Assembly (NCBI GenBank): GCA_973895155.1
Contig: OZ316893.1
Location: forward strand, 8,805,839-8,869,838
Length of the DNA: 64,000 bases
DNA from: Marsupella aquatica
Taxonomy: Eukaryota; Plantae; Marchantiophyta
Direction: 5' to 3'
Part shown: in pieces, positions 14,546 to 28,350 of the stretch
Position numbering within the stretch: the stretch's first letter is position 1
Layout: each line of letters opens with the position of its first letter
Notes under the pieces: model-generated
Told to the model about the DNA's origin: nothing
Database searches by the model: none
The model's input: only the letters and a program-made list of their open reading frames with translations
Translations under genes and position numbers: made by a program

Positions 14546-17500
14546 TATTCAATCGTATGTCATTTTCTGTTTTTCCACTTCTACCATGCTTTCTTTCCAG
14601 TTGTGACATGCCAACGATTAGTCGGCTCAAGACATTTTTAGGTGTCGGATAAGATGACTGAGTACCATTTTTCAGCCCTCTTTGACAACTTTTGGTAGGC
14701 AGCCCTGAGAATGAGTTCCTGAACCTGTATACCTATCTCAGCCAGCACTCTGTGCATTGGCAGCTCTTGAAAGAGCTTTTGGGGCATAATCATCTGTTGA
14801 CAAATTAAAAATTTATAGTGACACTTGTAAACTACTCGTAAATCAGACTGCCATAACGTTTCTGAACAAAAGTTTAAAGTTTGTAAGAGGTTAGAAAGTT
14901 TTAAATTTTCCTGCTGACAATCCCATTCACGAAAGTCGCATGCCTTGATTTGAGCTAGGAGGATATATTCTTTCCATGTTAACTTAACCATTCATATGTT
15001 AATAATCCAGTTGTGACTTCTTTGTTGCCATAGTCCATTGTTGCTCAGAAGTTTTCAGGAATACTTGGGATGTACGAGCTACCCTTCTCAGTGCTTGCTT
15101 TCCAATTACAGAAATTATGGGTTCAAGACAGTATCAGCATTGTTAGTTTCTGGATTATCTGTTCACAATTGACACCATGGTTTTCGGAGACAACCGATAG
15201 CAGGGCTGAAGATAAAAATAGCCCTGTTTTTGTGATATTGCAGGAGAAACAAAAAGGAAGTATGAAAGTGTTTACACTGGAGGAACTATGGATACAGTTG
15301 GTGGGGGTGAAATTACCCAATACTGGCATTGTTGTGGAAGCAACGATCCCTTTGATCCAGGATGCGAGGCAGCTCCTCATTCAACGTATGATGATTAGGA
15401 ATACCTAGATTGAGCTCAGTTTGATGGGAGCGAAGACTGTTGTGCATGATGCGATGCAGCTTCTTGTACAACCTTGGATCACCCAGGTATTCGTGGGATC
15501 CGACTAAGACCCCTTCAATGCTGTAGGGGTTGCTCACCCCTCAAACTGCGTAATCCCTTCTTTTATGCAATTTTTATCACGAGAGACGGGCATCAAGAGC
15601 TATTGTTGTCATCCATCGCAGCTGACTAACTGCCGTTCTTGTCAAGGACAATAAGCGACCCATTCTCCTCTGGAAAATGGATTGATACTCAATTGAAAAT
15701 CAGGATCTCGAGGAAGGCGAGCTGATGCTACGGCGTTCCTATTCAATGGAATTTTCTACATCTTGAACGGGCGAGAGCCAAGGGAAGACTTAGATCTTTT
15801 CTTGCAACCAACCCACTTGGTCATACTCTTGGAATTGATGGTGATTGGCAAATTTGTGGATTCCTCTAGATCAGAAGCGTACTTCAAGTTTACTCTGAAC
15901 AGAAAAAAAGTTCATGAGTGGCTACTACGTTCTCAGAGCAAACGGGAAACCTTCCATGGTAGTATGAAAATAGCTCGCAACTTTATGAAACTTACACGTA
16001 TTGTAGGCGAGCCATTCTGTGCTCTGTTTTGCATAACCCTTCCCTAGTGCGTTTTCTCATTAACTTACTTACCACTTGTACCATCAGGCCCTTTTATCTG
16101 GCCAAACAAATTCATCAACGAGAACACAGGCCCTACAAGAGCAGAAATCCCACATGACGAGAAGTAAGGTCCTTTACTAATGTTAAAATAGACATACGAA
16201 AGGGCAGCAGTTTGTACACACACGTGAAAGGGGCTGGACGGTCGAAATTCCACTGGCAATGTTTGTAGTCTAGGGGCTTTTGAAGTTTGCTTGTGTTCAA
16301 AGACAAAGCTCATTCTTGTTCTGGAAAGAGCAGAATCTTCACTCTAGGTACAGCAGTGCCAGTAGAGTATTTTGTTAAAAACAAGGAGTTCCATTATATG
16401 TATACCTGTTTAAAGGGCATTATTGAATATATTGCCCCCAAAACAAGAGTTCCAGCTTGAGTTTTGAGGGGCTATTATTGCCCATAATGGTTTGGCCTCA
16501 GAGATTTATTTTTCCAACTTTAGTAAAAGTAGAGGAAAATTGTACTAAGGATGATCTAGATCTTGAATGGGGCATTATGCTCCCAGAATGTCATGAAACA
16601 TACAAAGTGAAAAATCACAAAAGGTATTAAGAGTTTTTTAATGCATTTCTTTGTGCTTCAACGAGGGCTAGGCCAATTAATAAACTTCTCCTATGTATTA
16701 GAGTAAACTCCTGTGTCATTTTCTATGGAGAAAAGGTTTCCTGTCCATTCAGGGAATTATGCACCCCAAGGATGTGAAAACATACAAAATGACATCCAAA
16801 AGTAGTTGTTTGATAGTTGTTTTTATATTTTCAGACAATTTTTCGTGTATTTTCTGGATGCATTGTACCATAGAATGATATGTTATGAGCATTTCACAAC
16901 ACAGGCTCGTGGTGAGACAGAAAAGTAAATGTGCTATCATAAACTAATTAAGAGAAAATGTCCAAAGTGTAAATTAGTGAACACCCAACCAGAGCAGGTG
17001 TTGGACTTGGAATCACCTAGCCAATGCTACCAAAAGTACCCCCACCAGCGCCACAAAAAAAGGCCCCCCAAAATTGAAAAAATCTCTCTATACTTGTAAA
17101 AGTGTAAATGAGGATATTGATGCTCCAATAGGGCATGTCAAAACAGCACAATAAGTGAGGTACAACAAAGGACATAAAATAGTTTTATGGCCAGGACATT
17201 CACCTTACAGGGCTACCTATAAACATCCTCATAAGGATCAGACTCCTTATGGGCTACCTATATACATGCTCATAAGTATCAAACTCCAAAAACTCACACC
17301 CATAGAACGTTGTTTGGGACAGTGCTTTGACAGGCCCTAAAGGATCAAAATGTGCAACATGGACTCAGACTGACCTGGCAAGTTGTGATCACTATACAAA
17401 GAGGGAAAAGATTGGTTGAGTTCAAAACAATAGTTACAAAATGGTCCCTACAGGTTAGCACTGGTTCATATGAGTTTCTTGTCTCTCAATGGGTGTATAT

Positions 17501-17619
17501 TATGTGAATAACACTTGTAACATTGCTTTCCCAAGAAATATTGCTGTCCAGGAAATTGCTCTGGAACTTTCGACGACTTACTTTCCGCAAAATCCTGGAA
17601 AGCTGATTTAATTTACGGT

Positions 17620-17745
17620 TTGCGGTTCGAAACCGCAGACTGCTCTATTAATTTATTGCGGTTCGAAACCGCAGACTGCTTCATTAATTTATTGCGGTTC
17701 GCAGACGCAAACGACTATGGTTTGCGGGTAAACACCGCAAACCAC
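17620..17745. repeat. Short tandem array of palindromes upstream of IscA
   Basis: TGCGGTT-CGA-AACCGCA followed by GACTGCT..TTAATTTA, about 2.5 copies, then another hairpin GGTTTGCGG-GTAAACA-CCGCAAACC. Confidence 0.7.
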
Positions 17746-18525
17746 GGAGATTGCGGCAAAGAAGGAAGCGAGACAGAGAGAGAGTAAAGTCTCATTCGTG
17801 GAGACCGAAAGCATCGACACGATTCTTAATTGAAATTTGCTGTTCAGAATTCGGAGACCGCCATCCATCGCTAGCCAGTATGCTCTGTGGATCGCGAACT
17901 CATCGACACGATTACAGGAAATTGCCATGAAGTAAACGGAGAGACAGAGCAAAGAAACGAAAGGCCACTTCGACTGCTTCAAGTGGAATTCACGATTCGG
18001 AGATTGTTTAGGTATGGTGGGCAGGAGTAAGGAGATGGGGGACATGAATTGCTTGGAGTTCTGAGTCTAGTTGCTTTGCCGGGATAGAATTGAAGCAATT
18101 GAATTGAACGGCTAGAATTGAAAGCAGCAATTGAAGAGATAGAATTCTGGGCGTCTGTGAACGAGTGAAGGAGTTTCACGAGACAGGGGTCTGGCCTGAG
18201 CAAGGCAGCTTTCGATCGGTGGGGGACGGCGGAAATGCATGTACGCCGACGCTTGGTAGAAGACCAACTTGTTTTGGTGTTCTAGTTTGGGTCTGTTGAG
18301 ACCGATTGTTGCATCATCGAAGCAGAGGTGTGAAGATTCCGGGCGACGGGGCCGTCACGGACAGCAGTATTCGGTTCCCTAATTCTGCTTGAGCTTCTTC
18401 TGTCCACCGACAAGTTTGAAGTTGCGTACTAAATCCTCGTGGGCGTGCTGCTTTACTGTTCACGAATATAGGCTCTTGCGACGCTGATGTGTGGTACACA
18501 TCTCTTTGTATTAAGTTGAAGCAAA

Positions 18526-18900
18526 ATGCTTTGTGCGGCAGCGAAAACAGGAAGGAGTGCGTCTCAGGCGGCGAGACGGCAGGCCCTGTCGCTCTCTGAA
18601 GCTGCGGCTAACAGGATCAGGCAGCTCTTGCAGGCGAGGCAGAAAGAGTTCTTGAGATTGGGAGTGAAAGTTCGAGGCTGCAATGGCCTTACCTATACTC
18701 TCAATTATGCTGACGACCAAGGGAAGTTCGATGAGATTGTGGAGGATAAAGGTGTGAAGGTGCTGATTGATCCTCGGGCCCTGATGCATGTTATCGGGAC
18801 AAAAATGGATTTTATTGAGGATCGGCTCAAGTCGGAGTTCGTGTTCATAAACCCTAATTCAAAGGGCCAATGTGGCTGTGGAGAGTCCTTTACAACATGA
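18526..18900 (+). CDS. ISCA1: Iron-sulfur cluster assembly protein, A-type carrier (IscA/ISA1, mitochondrial type)
   Basis: 124 aa with [14 protein letters not shown] and the HesB signature [16 protein letters not shown]. Arg/Ala/Ser-rich N-terminus fits a mitochondrial presequence. No intron in the CDS; a probable 5'UTR intron runs from AG|GTATGG (~18012) to ~18515. Confidence 0.95.
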   Translation: MLCAAAKTGRSASQAARRQALSLSEAAANRIRQLLQARQKEFLRLGVKVRGCNGLTYTLNYADDQGKFDEIVEDKGVKVLIDPRALMHVIGTKMDFIEDRLKSEFVFINPNSKGQCGCGESFTT

Positions 18901-19688
18901 AAATAACATTGAAACAGCGGTACAAGAATTCATCGATGGACTGGCCTCATTGTACAAGAATTTGTGGATGGATTGGCCTCAACATGAGGTACAATTTTGT
19001 AGTTAGAGGACATGTTGGCTACAAATTTGCTCTTGGTCTTAAACAGTGAGACTTCGAGTGGCTAATTTATTTGTTTCAATCGGTACGCAAATTCAGCAAG
19101 TGTCAATAGGGATCACGTGAATTTGAGTATGAATAGTAGCTGTATTAGATATGACTTTGGAGACTACAAGAGTCTCAGTTCAACTGCTCTTTTGTAATTG
19201 AGAGTTAGATCTATTGGTGTTTGCCAATTGGCATACCTTTGAAAGTTTTAGTCCTTCCGCCGGTGAATTAAGTCTCTTGTGATAATTTGACGAACGTATT
19301 TGGTTCGTACGAGCGCTACACAGTTGACACCGATAAAAATATAATAAAATAGCGAACCGAACACATCTTGTGCAATTCGCTGCCAATTGTTTTGAGTGGG
19401 TAAAGTTTTTCTGCAGACGCTGGTCTGTTTTCCATAGATCGTTGAAATTATCTAGGTTGACATCTAGAACTGGACAGAGGATTTCTAGAAAACTCACAAG
19501 AAGAGGCTTACCATAGTTGCTAAGAAACTGAAGACTCTGAAACATTCCGGGGCACACCAATGACAGTAGCCCTTTCGGAGACGCAAATCTCACGGGAAAT
19601 TTTGTTTTTGGAGGATGAATTGGGAATTATCTGCCAAATGGCTTGGGTCCGCGGAAGCTTTCAGGTGAACGCAGAAAAGACGCGAATG

Positions 19689-19925
19689 GCTGACATGGAG
19701 AATTTGAGGCGGAGAAAGGAAAGAGCGATCGAGAAGATTGAGCTGAAGTGAAGTACAAGTGCCTGGTACAGAAGGGCAAGAGCTGAGTTCCAGCAAGGAT
19801 GGGAAAGGGCTGACATGAACTTGAGGCGGAGAAAGGAAAGAGCGATCGAGAAGATTGAGCTCAAATGAAGAAAAAGTGCCTGGTACACAAGGGCAAGAGC
19901 TGAGTTCCAGCAAGGATGGGAAAGG
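19689..19925 (+). repeat. About 120-bp direct tandem duplication within a decayed ORF
   Basis: GCTGACATG..TTGAGGCGGAGAAAGGAAAGAGCGATCGAGAAGATTGAGCT..AAGTGCCTGGTACA..AGGGCAAGAGCTGAGTTCCAGCAAGGATGGGAAAG occurs twice, starting at 19689 and 19809. Confidence 0.85.
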
Positions 19926-21061
19926 GGTCCTTCGCAAGAACCTCAAATCTGTCAGACGACTTTGAAGTTGAAAGTATTGAGCTTCACAAGATTTATAACG
20001 GGGTGACCTTGAAAGAATGGAAAGAGTCGAGATTTGACATTGAGATGGGACTTGGGCTGGATCGGGATACTCCCACCAATCCTGAATTTTGGGAGGCTAT
20101 GATGGGTTCTTGTGACTGGGAAAAGAGATGAAATCTCGTGTTCTACGAGAAGATCACCAGCTGGAGCTTGTGGTCGAGGGCATGGGGCTTCATTCCAGTG
20201 TGGGTGTGGAGCTCAAGACTACGTATCCTTCAGGGCAGTATCAAATGCAAACTCAACGACGCAGAAATGCTTTCATTTACAGCATCTCAATCGCAAAGGC
20301 ATGACTCCTAGGAATACATGAAAATCTGCTGCATGAAAACTCGGTTGACTGAGAGATCACAGAAGGCAAGGGGAAAAACTCTGAAGACCCCGCAGACAGA
20401 GTCTGACGAAGCAGGAGTAGACACACATCTGGGATGTAAAGCAAAGGCGGCAGAGAGATGAATCAGGATCCTTTCCCTTGAACTTATCCACTATTATGAT
20501 GTGAAGAAGTCGGAGGTGATGAGTCAGGCAATTGTATCCCATAATTTCAGAGCAGCAGAGCTAATACTGAAATCTGACGGCCTGATACCCGAGATAACAA
20601 ATGCAAATAATTCTTAAGAATTTTCTTGTCCAATCGCACTCAAACTACTTGAGCATATTGTCGACGAGGACGAGAAGTTATATCTGTGAAGATGGGATGT
20701 AAATCGGCGTTCGCAGATGGCCTCGAAACTCCTATCTTCTGCTTCTCATTCCTATCCTTAGGGTTTAGGGTTCATACTACACTAATTATTGAATCGAATT
20801 AAGTCCACGACCAACCACATACAGGATCCTGGTCAGGCGAAGTGCAAGATCTAAAATAGATCCAAGAATGAAATTGCAGCTCTGTTCCTGCCCACTAATT
20901 GAAGCATCGCTGTGACATCACAGATCATGGGAACTCACTGCTTGATAAATGATGACTAGGCTACTCATTCCCTGGAGACACTTAGCAGGAAGGAGGCCCA
21001 TCATTCGATATATGCCTCCTTTTCAGCAAGCAGAATGGATTATACTTCCATTACTTTGCTT

Positions 21062-24000
21062 TCAATTCTTCGTACCTACCCATTTTGGCGAGAGAGACTG
21101 CCTTACATCATCCGTTAGTGGGAGTTGCAATTGTTGCAGCTGACTGTACACCCAATCCCACACAGGAATATCTATCTCACCACCAAGTCCCTGAACCACC
21201 CCACCTCCTGTACAGCATCCTGCTTTACAGCAATCTTCAAGACTCAATCCATTGATCATTCCATATATAAAGCCACACCCAAAAAGATCACCAGCCCCAG
21301 TTGTGTCAATTGCCTTGACTTCATGAATTGCTGCGACTCTTGCAACCTGCCCAGATACGACCATGAAAACAATTAAAGGTACATACATAAAACCTTCAAG
21401 GTGGCCACCACAATTCACCTTGCTTGCTCCCCAAAATCCACATAGTCTAATCTGTTACGTTCAGTCTGCGCTCAAAAATAGCTCCAATAGTATAGTCGGT
21501 AAGCATCAACATACAGCCTTTCGCCCCAAAAGACATTAAATTGGGAAGACTAACACACCTCCTGCCCAGTACGCGCGATGCAGCCTTCGGGACCAAGCAT
21601 CACAACAGCAACCTCAACAAACCTGGCGAGAAAGTCTAAGCACGCCTCCGGAGTCTCCTCACCCTCTGACCTATCAAAGTAAACCAAAAACAACCACGAT
21701 ATTTCAGTATATTAACTTGTTATTTCTCGATGATAAGTCCACCACTTATGTCATCTGAGCAACAAAAGAGTTCTCGAGAGATAAGGCGAACTAGCAAAAT
21801 TCTAAATAGCAAATCTGGCTACTGCCTCACTGGTAATTAAGAATGGGTTACAAGATAAGTGTCCTCTCGATTGATTTTATCAACTGCTGCAAGCAGAGAT
21901 GATTGTTCACATGCGGACTTCACCAAACTCCTGAGAAGGAGAAAGGACTTTAGATAAGAAGAGGACATACTTCATGAGCTCTCGAGCTTCATCCTCGTTC
22001 GCAAAACACAAATCGATCTGGTTCGTTTCTAAGAGCTTCAGCAGGCGGGGTCGGGATCTTCGTACGACCTGGTTCAAGAACACACGAGAGCAGAACAAGA
22101 GCCTCAGAAAGACGAGGTCTGAAGAGTAGTAAAATGAATAGGAATTGTTCTCAACTCGAAGTGGTGAAGCGTAAACCTACATACATTCCATGTACATATG
22201 TCCAGGCCAAAATCTCCGTACTTGACCCTCTTGAAATCCCAAATCAATAGAGACATGTACGTGCAAACCTCAAAGCTAGCAAGATCAAGCGCCACACGTG
22301 CTCCTTCTTCCTTTGCAAGTTTCACGGCAGTCTCTGTAAGGTCTGGCCAATAGAATCCATACCCATTAAGGATAAGCCACTGCAACCACAATAGCACAAT
22401 GTAAGGAAAAACCCTTCATAAAATCTTGCGGTTTTGAGAATCACTCGCGTGCGCTACACCAACGCGTAGCGCACATGTCTTCGGTCCTTAGTTACCAAGA
22501 CGTGACACAGACTCGTGACTTAGAACTCAGTAAATCGATGATGAAGGTACACGGTTATCACAAAGCACTGACTCCAGAAATCAATTGACCTTTGCGCCCT
22601 TGAAGTCATCTCGAGACAGCTCTTCTGGCTGCCAAAACAATACAGACAAATCAGGTTTCTACATCTCCTCGATAAAGATCATTTTCGACGAACTAACATC
22701 TAAATACAGGGACTAAAATGGTAAAGGCCAAGAAAACAATTTCAAATTCATAAAATTATTTACACGCCAATTTGGCAGTTTAGATGACCCAATCTTATAT
22801 GGAATTGAGTGCATGCAATTAGCTATAGAATCGTGCCAAGAAAGAAAGAGACAAAACTGGCATGTGAAGATGGTTCTAGCCTTAGAACCACTTCAAAGAT
22901 GTGTGCATCACGCCAATCTCAGAGAACACGCACTCCCTAATCAACATACTCCGTGCACCAACTCACCAAAATATAATGCCCAAGTTTACAACTAAATATA
23001 TCATGAGTAGAGTCGAGTACATACCCTAAGATGCACGGCATCGGATAGGCAAGGCCGCATTGTCCGGTTTCCTTCCTCATCAACAAGGCAAACACACTGC
23101 AGAAAGGGAAATAACGACATCCACGAAGGCAGGTTACGACAGTTGAAAGACAAAACACATTTCCTGTCTGATCTCACTAACTCGGCAGCACTAATTGGGC
23201 TTTTAACTAACATATCCCCCAAGAGGTTCAGAAGTCACAAACTCCCCTTCATAAATTCCGTGGTCAATTTAGGTTGAAATAGAAAAATGTTCAGAGAGCC
23301 CTGCTCCAACTGATTGCCCACTATTTAGCTTCTAATAATGCTATGGATTACCCAATAACGAATGAGTAAATTCTGAATTTGCGTTTATAAATTGGAATAG
23401 CCAAAGCGAATCGCTAGTTAAGGCCAGATCAAGAGGATTCAAGCACAGATGCGCAAGGGCATGGAGACCACTTCAACGAACACAAGCATCTCTTCAAAAT
23501 AGACCGAAATAAGCAGGAAGGTACAAAACGTATCATTGTCCACAAGTTGAGAAGCCGCATAAGTTGACAAATTCAAATGCATTGGAGATTCACCTGTCCA
23601 GTGTTTCCAGGGGTAGCACGAAGATGATTGAGATTTACGCCACATTGTTTGAGACTAGACACAAACATTCGTCCCAACTCGTCATCTCCACGAGCCCCAA
23701 CAATGGAGCAAGGAATTTTTAGCCCACCTGCAAGTCCTCGAATAGTGTTGGCCACACTACCGCCTGCTAGCACTTTGACAGAATCAGATCCTGAGGTGGG
23801 TAAAATGTGTGGCTGGACCTCCTTCAATATTCGAGAGACTTCCTCTTCTGTTACCTGAATGTGACCAAGATTCCGCAATAACCGAGTAAGTACTTCAGCA
23901 GCACCTAATTCTGCACAATCTCGTCAGTCATTTGTCTATCATCCGCTCACTGTCGGGGAAGAAATAGCACTGGTAATACATGACATAGAACTTGGAACTA

Positions 24001-24731
24001 AACTACATTGCACTTTTTCATGTAGGTAGTCTCGGAGGGGCTATTTTCAGAAGTCAAGTTAGCAGCACTCTTGCTCGCATTCTGTAGGTTTCCGAAAGGT
24101 GTTCATGTAACACGTGGAATCCAAAACCTGGTCTCACGGAATTGTACCATGGCAAGCAAGCAATCGCTGAAATGCGCGCCCTGCTGCCGAAATTCATAAC
24201 GCAAAAATCCACACTCCTACACTCATGCTAAAGCTGGGATTCGTTGACTTCCTTAACGTCTTAAAGGACAAGAGACAATTCAAGACAGACAAGCTCAGAT
24301 TTCCCCAATGCTAACTGTTGGTCATTCCATTTACCCCACACACAAATAGAACGCCATTGACCATACCAGGGTACCGAATGGAAAGGAGAGCCAGAGAGAT
24401 TCAGAATAGGAGAAGCAGCAGCAGGAGGCAAGCGGAAGAAGGTCGAAAAGAGTAAAGCCCACAGCATTCAGTCCTTCATTCATTCAGTAAAAAGAACGAA
24501 ACAGAGCAGGAGCTATCGACACAAGAAGAGACGATGAAGCAAAGATGGATGGATAAGTGGACAGAAAAACACACAGACCCGCAAGGAGCCTCCACGCTCG
24601 CCAGGGATGGCCTGCAGAAGGGACCAGTCCACTCGAGCTACGTGATCAATGAGCGCCACAGGCTGTAGACCCACCACAACGGGGTGCCACTCCTCATCCT
24701 CCTGCTCATGCTGCGGCAGCAGCCGCCCCAT
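21062..24731 (-). CDS. pfkB/ribokinase-family kinase, about 376 aa in 8 exons; resembles the plant At1g19600/PNK1-type nucleoside kinase
   Basis: GT-AG exons 24731-24579, 23854-23594, 23096-23025, 22628-22590, 22379-22269, 22068-21971, 21670-21559 and 21346-21062 join in frame (1131 nt). Motifs: GLQPVALIDHV, GGSVANTIRGLA, GNRTMRPCL, ALDLASFE, CFANEDEA and the pfkB signature DTTGAGDLF. The orthologue call is from memory of the family, not a search. Confidence 0.9.
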
Positions 24732-24742
24732 TTTGCCTACAC

Positions 24743-24745
<3 letters not shown>

Positions 24746-24786
<41 letters not shown>
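24746..24786. repeat. (CT)n/(GA)n microsatellite in the pfkB gene 5' leader
   Basis: About 20 CT units, 15 bp upstream of the ATG at 24731. Confidence 0.95.
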
Positions 24787-24789
<3 letters not shown>

Positions 24790-26672
24790 GAAGACGGATC
24801 CTACTCTATTCTCTCACGAGCGAGAGAATGAGAGCAAGAACAAATTGATGGGAGCTTGAACATGAGGAAGTGAAGTGATCAGAATGGGAACTTGCCAACA
24901 TGGAAGGCAGGCAGGAGTAGGGACTCAAGAGGAGCTACCGGTGCATTAGTTGCTGGAAACGAGGAAGATCTCAGCAGGCTGTCCAGACAAGCTATTTTTT
25001 CATGCCAAAATTGGGGTTCATTGCCTCATTGGAGCTTGTTCGCTCTTTGGGTTCGTTCATTGGAGCTTGGACCCACTAGTGCACAGTCGAATCATGCTGT
25101 CGTTTACGTCTTGTCTTAATTGAAATTGGATTGGATTGGACGGAGAGCATGTTTCTCGATCGCCGTTCAGTTTGCAGAGTACACTTTTCGTTCAACTTTC
25201 TGCTCTGTATGTTACTGTCCATTCTTTTTTCTTGAGAATTGCTTTTGCATCTCCTCCTTTGTTTTTTAATATATAGAAATCAATTTTTGATCTTCCTTTT
25301 TTCACTCGCTTGTATTGTCTTTCCTCTAATCCTCTTGTGTTGTCTTTCCTCACACTCTAGAACAGGTCTTTGGTGCTCTTCACCCTAGGTTTCACGGGCA
25401 GGCTGTCCAGGGGGTTATATGGCCTCGCCATGGGGTTACCCCCTACAGTCTATTTGTCCAATAAAAGCTTTACTTTGATAAGCAACAAGGCGACTCACCT
25501 GTATTTTGCTTGGTCCCTCCCCCCCCCCCTCACCAGATTCAGCGCCACTTGTGTATAGGCCATGCCTTCCCGCATGCCTTGAACAAAACGTTCATTTGTA
25601 CCTTGACTATATATTGTGCCGGCCTGGGACAGGGAGAAGGTGATCAATCATTTGGGGGCCCCAACATGACAGTGAAATTCAAGACAACCCCAAGTTGCTC
25701 TCAAAACAGGACAAGAATATCTTGACAACCTGAATGATTGTGGACTTTTATTCCTTTTGGAAAGTGAGAAGACAGAATCTGTAAAGCACTCCCAAGTGTG
25801 CTTTCAAGGATATAAAGTAATGTCAGAGTGTGTCATATAGGGGTGTTTCTATCCCTGGGAAGCTCAAATGCCTCTAGGGGTTTGCAGAACATCTAGAATT
25901 GATCAGGTGTAGTTGATACCGTGATAAGACAAACTGTGGATGTTGTTTTGTAGCGACTATGATTGATTGAATTCTTCCATCAATTGTTGATATGTGATCT
26001 TCATAGGTTATATAGTCCTCAAGTGTCATGCACTTGTTCATTATAATTCTTTAGGGACTATTATTGCCTATGCTTTCATGGACCTTGGACAACTGACTCA
26101 AAAATAATAACTTGCTACGTCCCACACAGGGGCCAAAATTTAGCCAATGTCTAGTGCAACATTATGTGGCACAAGGGCAATGAAAATCTCTTAGGCCAGA
26201 TAGATGGATTCTCATCTATTGATTCTAAACAGCTACAAAAGCTAAGCATGCTCTAAATGATGATTCTCTCGCAAAAATGATTGTCATGGAAAATCCACTA
26301 TGGGCAAGAAGAATCCTGGCCATCCAATTTGTGTGCCTTTTTTTTGAAGCTGTTGGATTCTCTATGCCTACCTGTACCTTGATTGCCTAAAGCTGTTGGT
26401 TTTTTGAATCCAACAGCTGCCAAAAAAAGGCACACAAATTGGATGCCAAAAATACAATCAACGCACAGGTAGTAAATCAAGGCAATCCCATTGAATAATG
26501 GCACAGGTAGGCAATCAAGGCACAGGTAGGCATAGAGAGGCAATCAAGGCACAGGTAGGCATAGAGAGTCCAAAAAAGCATTGGCTCCCACTGTGGGGGC
26601 CAGCGCCACAATTAGTCACTATTTGATGGGAGCTGGTTTGGTGGAAGATTGTGCAGGGCTGCTATAGGGCAA

Positions 26673-26806
26673 CTCAGGGGTCTCACTATATGGAGGCCTC
26701 CCCATCACCTGCAATGTCAAACCCCATAAAATTTAAGAATTTTTTGTAATTTTGCAACGCCTATAAAGTTCCACTGTGCCATTTTTGTGGAAATGAAACC
26801 CCCAAG
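26673..26806. mobile_element. MITE-like element, internally deleted copy
   Basis: Ends CTCAGGGGTCTCAC ... TGAAACCCCCAAG (imperfect TIR). Internal blocks GGAGGCCTCCCCATCACCTG and GTGCCATTTTTGTGGAAATGAAACC are shared with 36123-36422 and 61259-61541. Confidence 0.65.
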
Positions 26807-28350
26807 TAAGGCAAACTTTTGCGTGAGGAGGATGGAGGGGAGGGGAGAACACACAAAGAGCAAAGGGAAGGAAAAATAGGGAAAGGAAAAAGAAGATCTA
26901 TTAGGAAATAATGGGAGAGGAGGGAGAAAATGAGGCAAACAGGGGAAATTGTGGGGGTCAGTGGGGCGGGGAAGCAAAACAAGGGCTTGGTCAAATTTTG
27001 TCCAGCATTGATTCTTGCTTGACCCATCCCCTCATCTCAGTTAGCCTCATGACACTGTCCATGGTGACAACAATTCCACCCAAAGAACACTTTTGCAGCA
27101 GTAAGTGTGTAACCCACATTCATTAGACTAGTGTGTTATTCTTGATTCTCGTAACCATCATATTTGCATCACAGTTTGTTCTTCTCAGCAGTACTGAATG
27201 TTTCCCCCTTCGCTAAGACAACATTCCTTATTCACTCCCTTTGACATTTGAATGATCTGCTCCTAGGCACTCGAACAGAATGGTCATAAATGGTCCCTAG
27301 GATAATGTCCTCATTTCCTTGGGACTATGGCTTCTCAGGGCATGTAAGTACATCCTATGATCTCCAGCTTTTCCGGGTTTTTGGCTTCCCACTCTACAGT
27401 ACCTTCCCCATGGCTTCACTCATAGCCTCATCACCCATATTGAATACTTCAAGATACCGCGTAGAGGGGCTTTGTAATAGTCATTGGATCGATTCGCATT
27501 TTGAATTGTTGCTTCTAGGGTATGGGTCAGCATATCTCGTTAATTCCAGATTTGACGAGAATACCCCTCCCCATGTAGTATGGACTTCATGTCCAAATAT
27601 TTTCCAGCCAGCACGTTTCATGGGAGTATCTTGCATTCAGTTTGTCAATACTTTTGAGATTCAATACGTTCGATTCGTGACATTTCACTTTCAAGTATAC
27701 TTTTACTCGACATAAGATCGACAAACTTTTGCCCCTAGATGAGACCAACAGAAATGAGCAAACCAGCTAAATCCACATATCATTTCTTGTCACGTCACAA
27801 CAAGTATAGAGTAAAGTAATGCAATAATCATTTGCAACTGAATTGAATTAGATGTGAATTTAACTCAAACTCAAACTCAAAACCTTCTTCTCGGCGAAGG
27901 AATTCCTAAAACTTCTACTGACATGACTATAGCTAAAAATTCAGCTCAAGAAGACATGTACAGTCCAGATTCTTACAAACAACAACGACAATGCTCTGGG
28001 AACGGTGAATACTCGTAGTTTACACAAGCAAAGTAATCACTCCTGACCAATTATCCAATCACACTGATAAGCAGATTGATGAATCTCACTGATTTGAAAC
28101 AGATTGTTGCCATGAGAAATTCGCTTAATTGGCTAGGTCCAAGTCGAGATCTTTCGCTTCTCTAGAATACAGTACACTTAGCGCAACGAAAGAGTTTGGC
28201 GAATCTTCACAATTCAGAAACTGCAATTTGAGCTGCAACTCGCAGAAAGGCCACCTTCTCATTGCTATTTTTCATGAGACAAACAAGGTGGGGAATCCAT
28301 GGTGGAAAATGGAAACAACAAAAGCCAATTTTAAACCTGAAGTGATCTAA

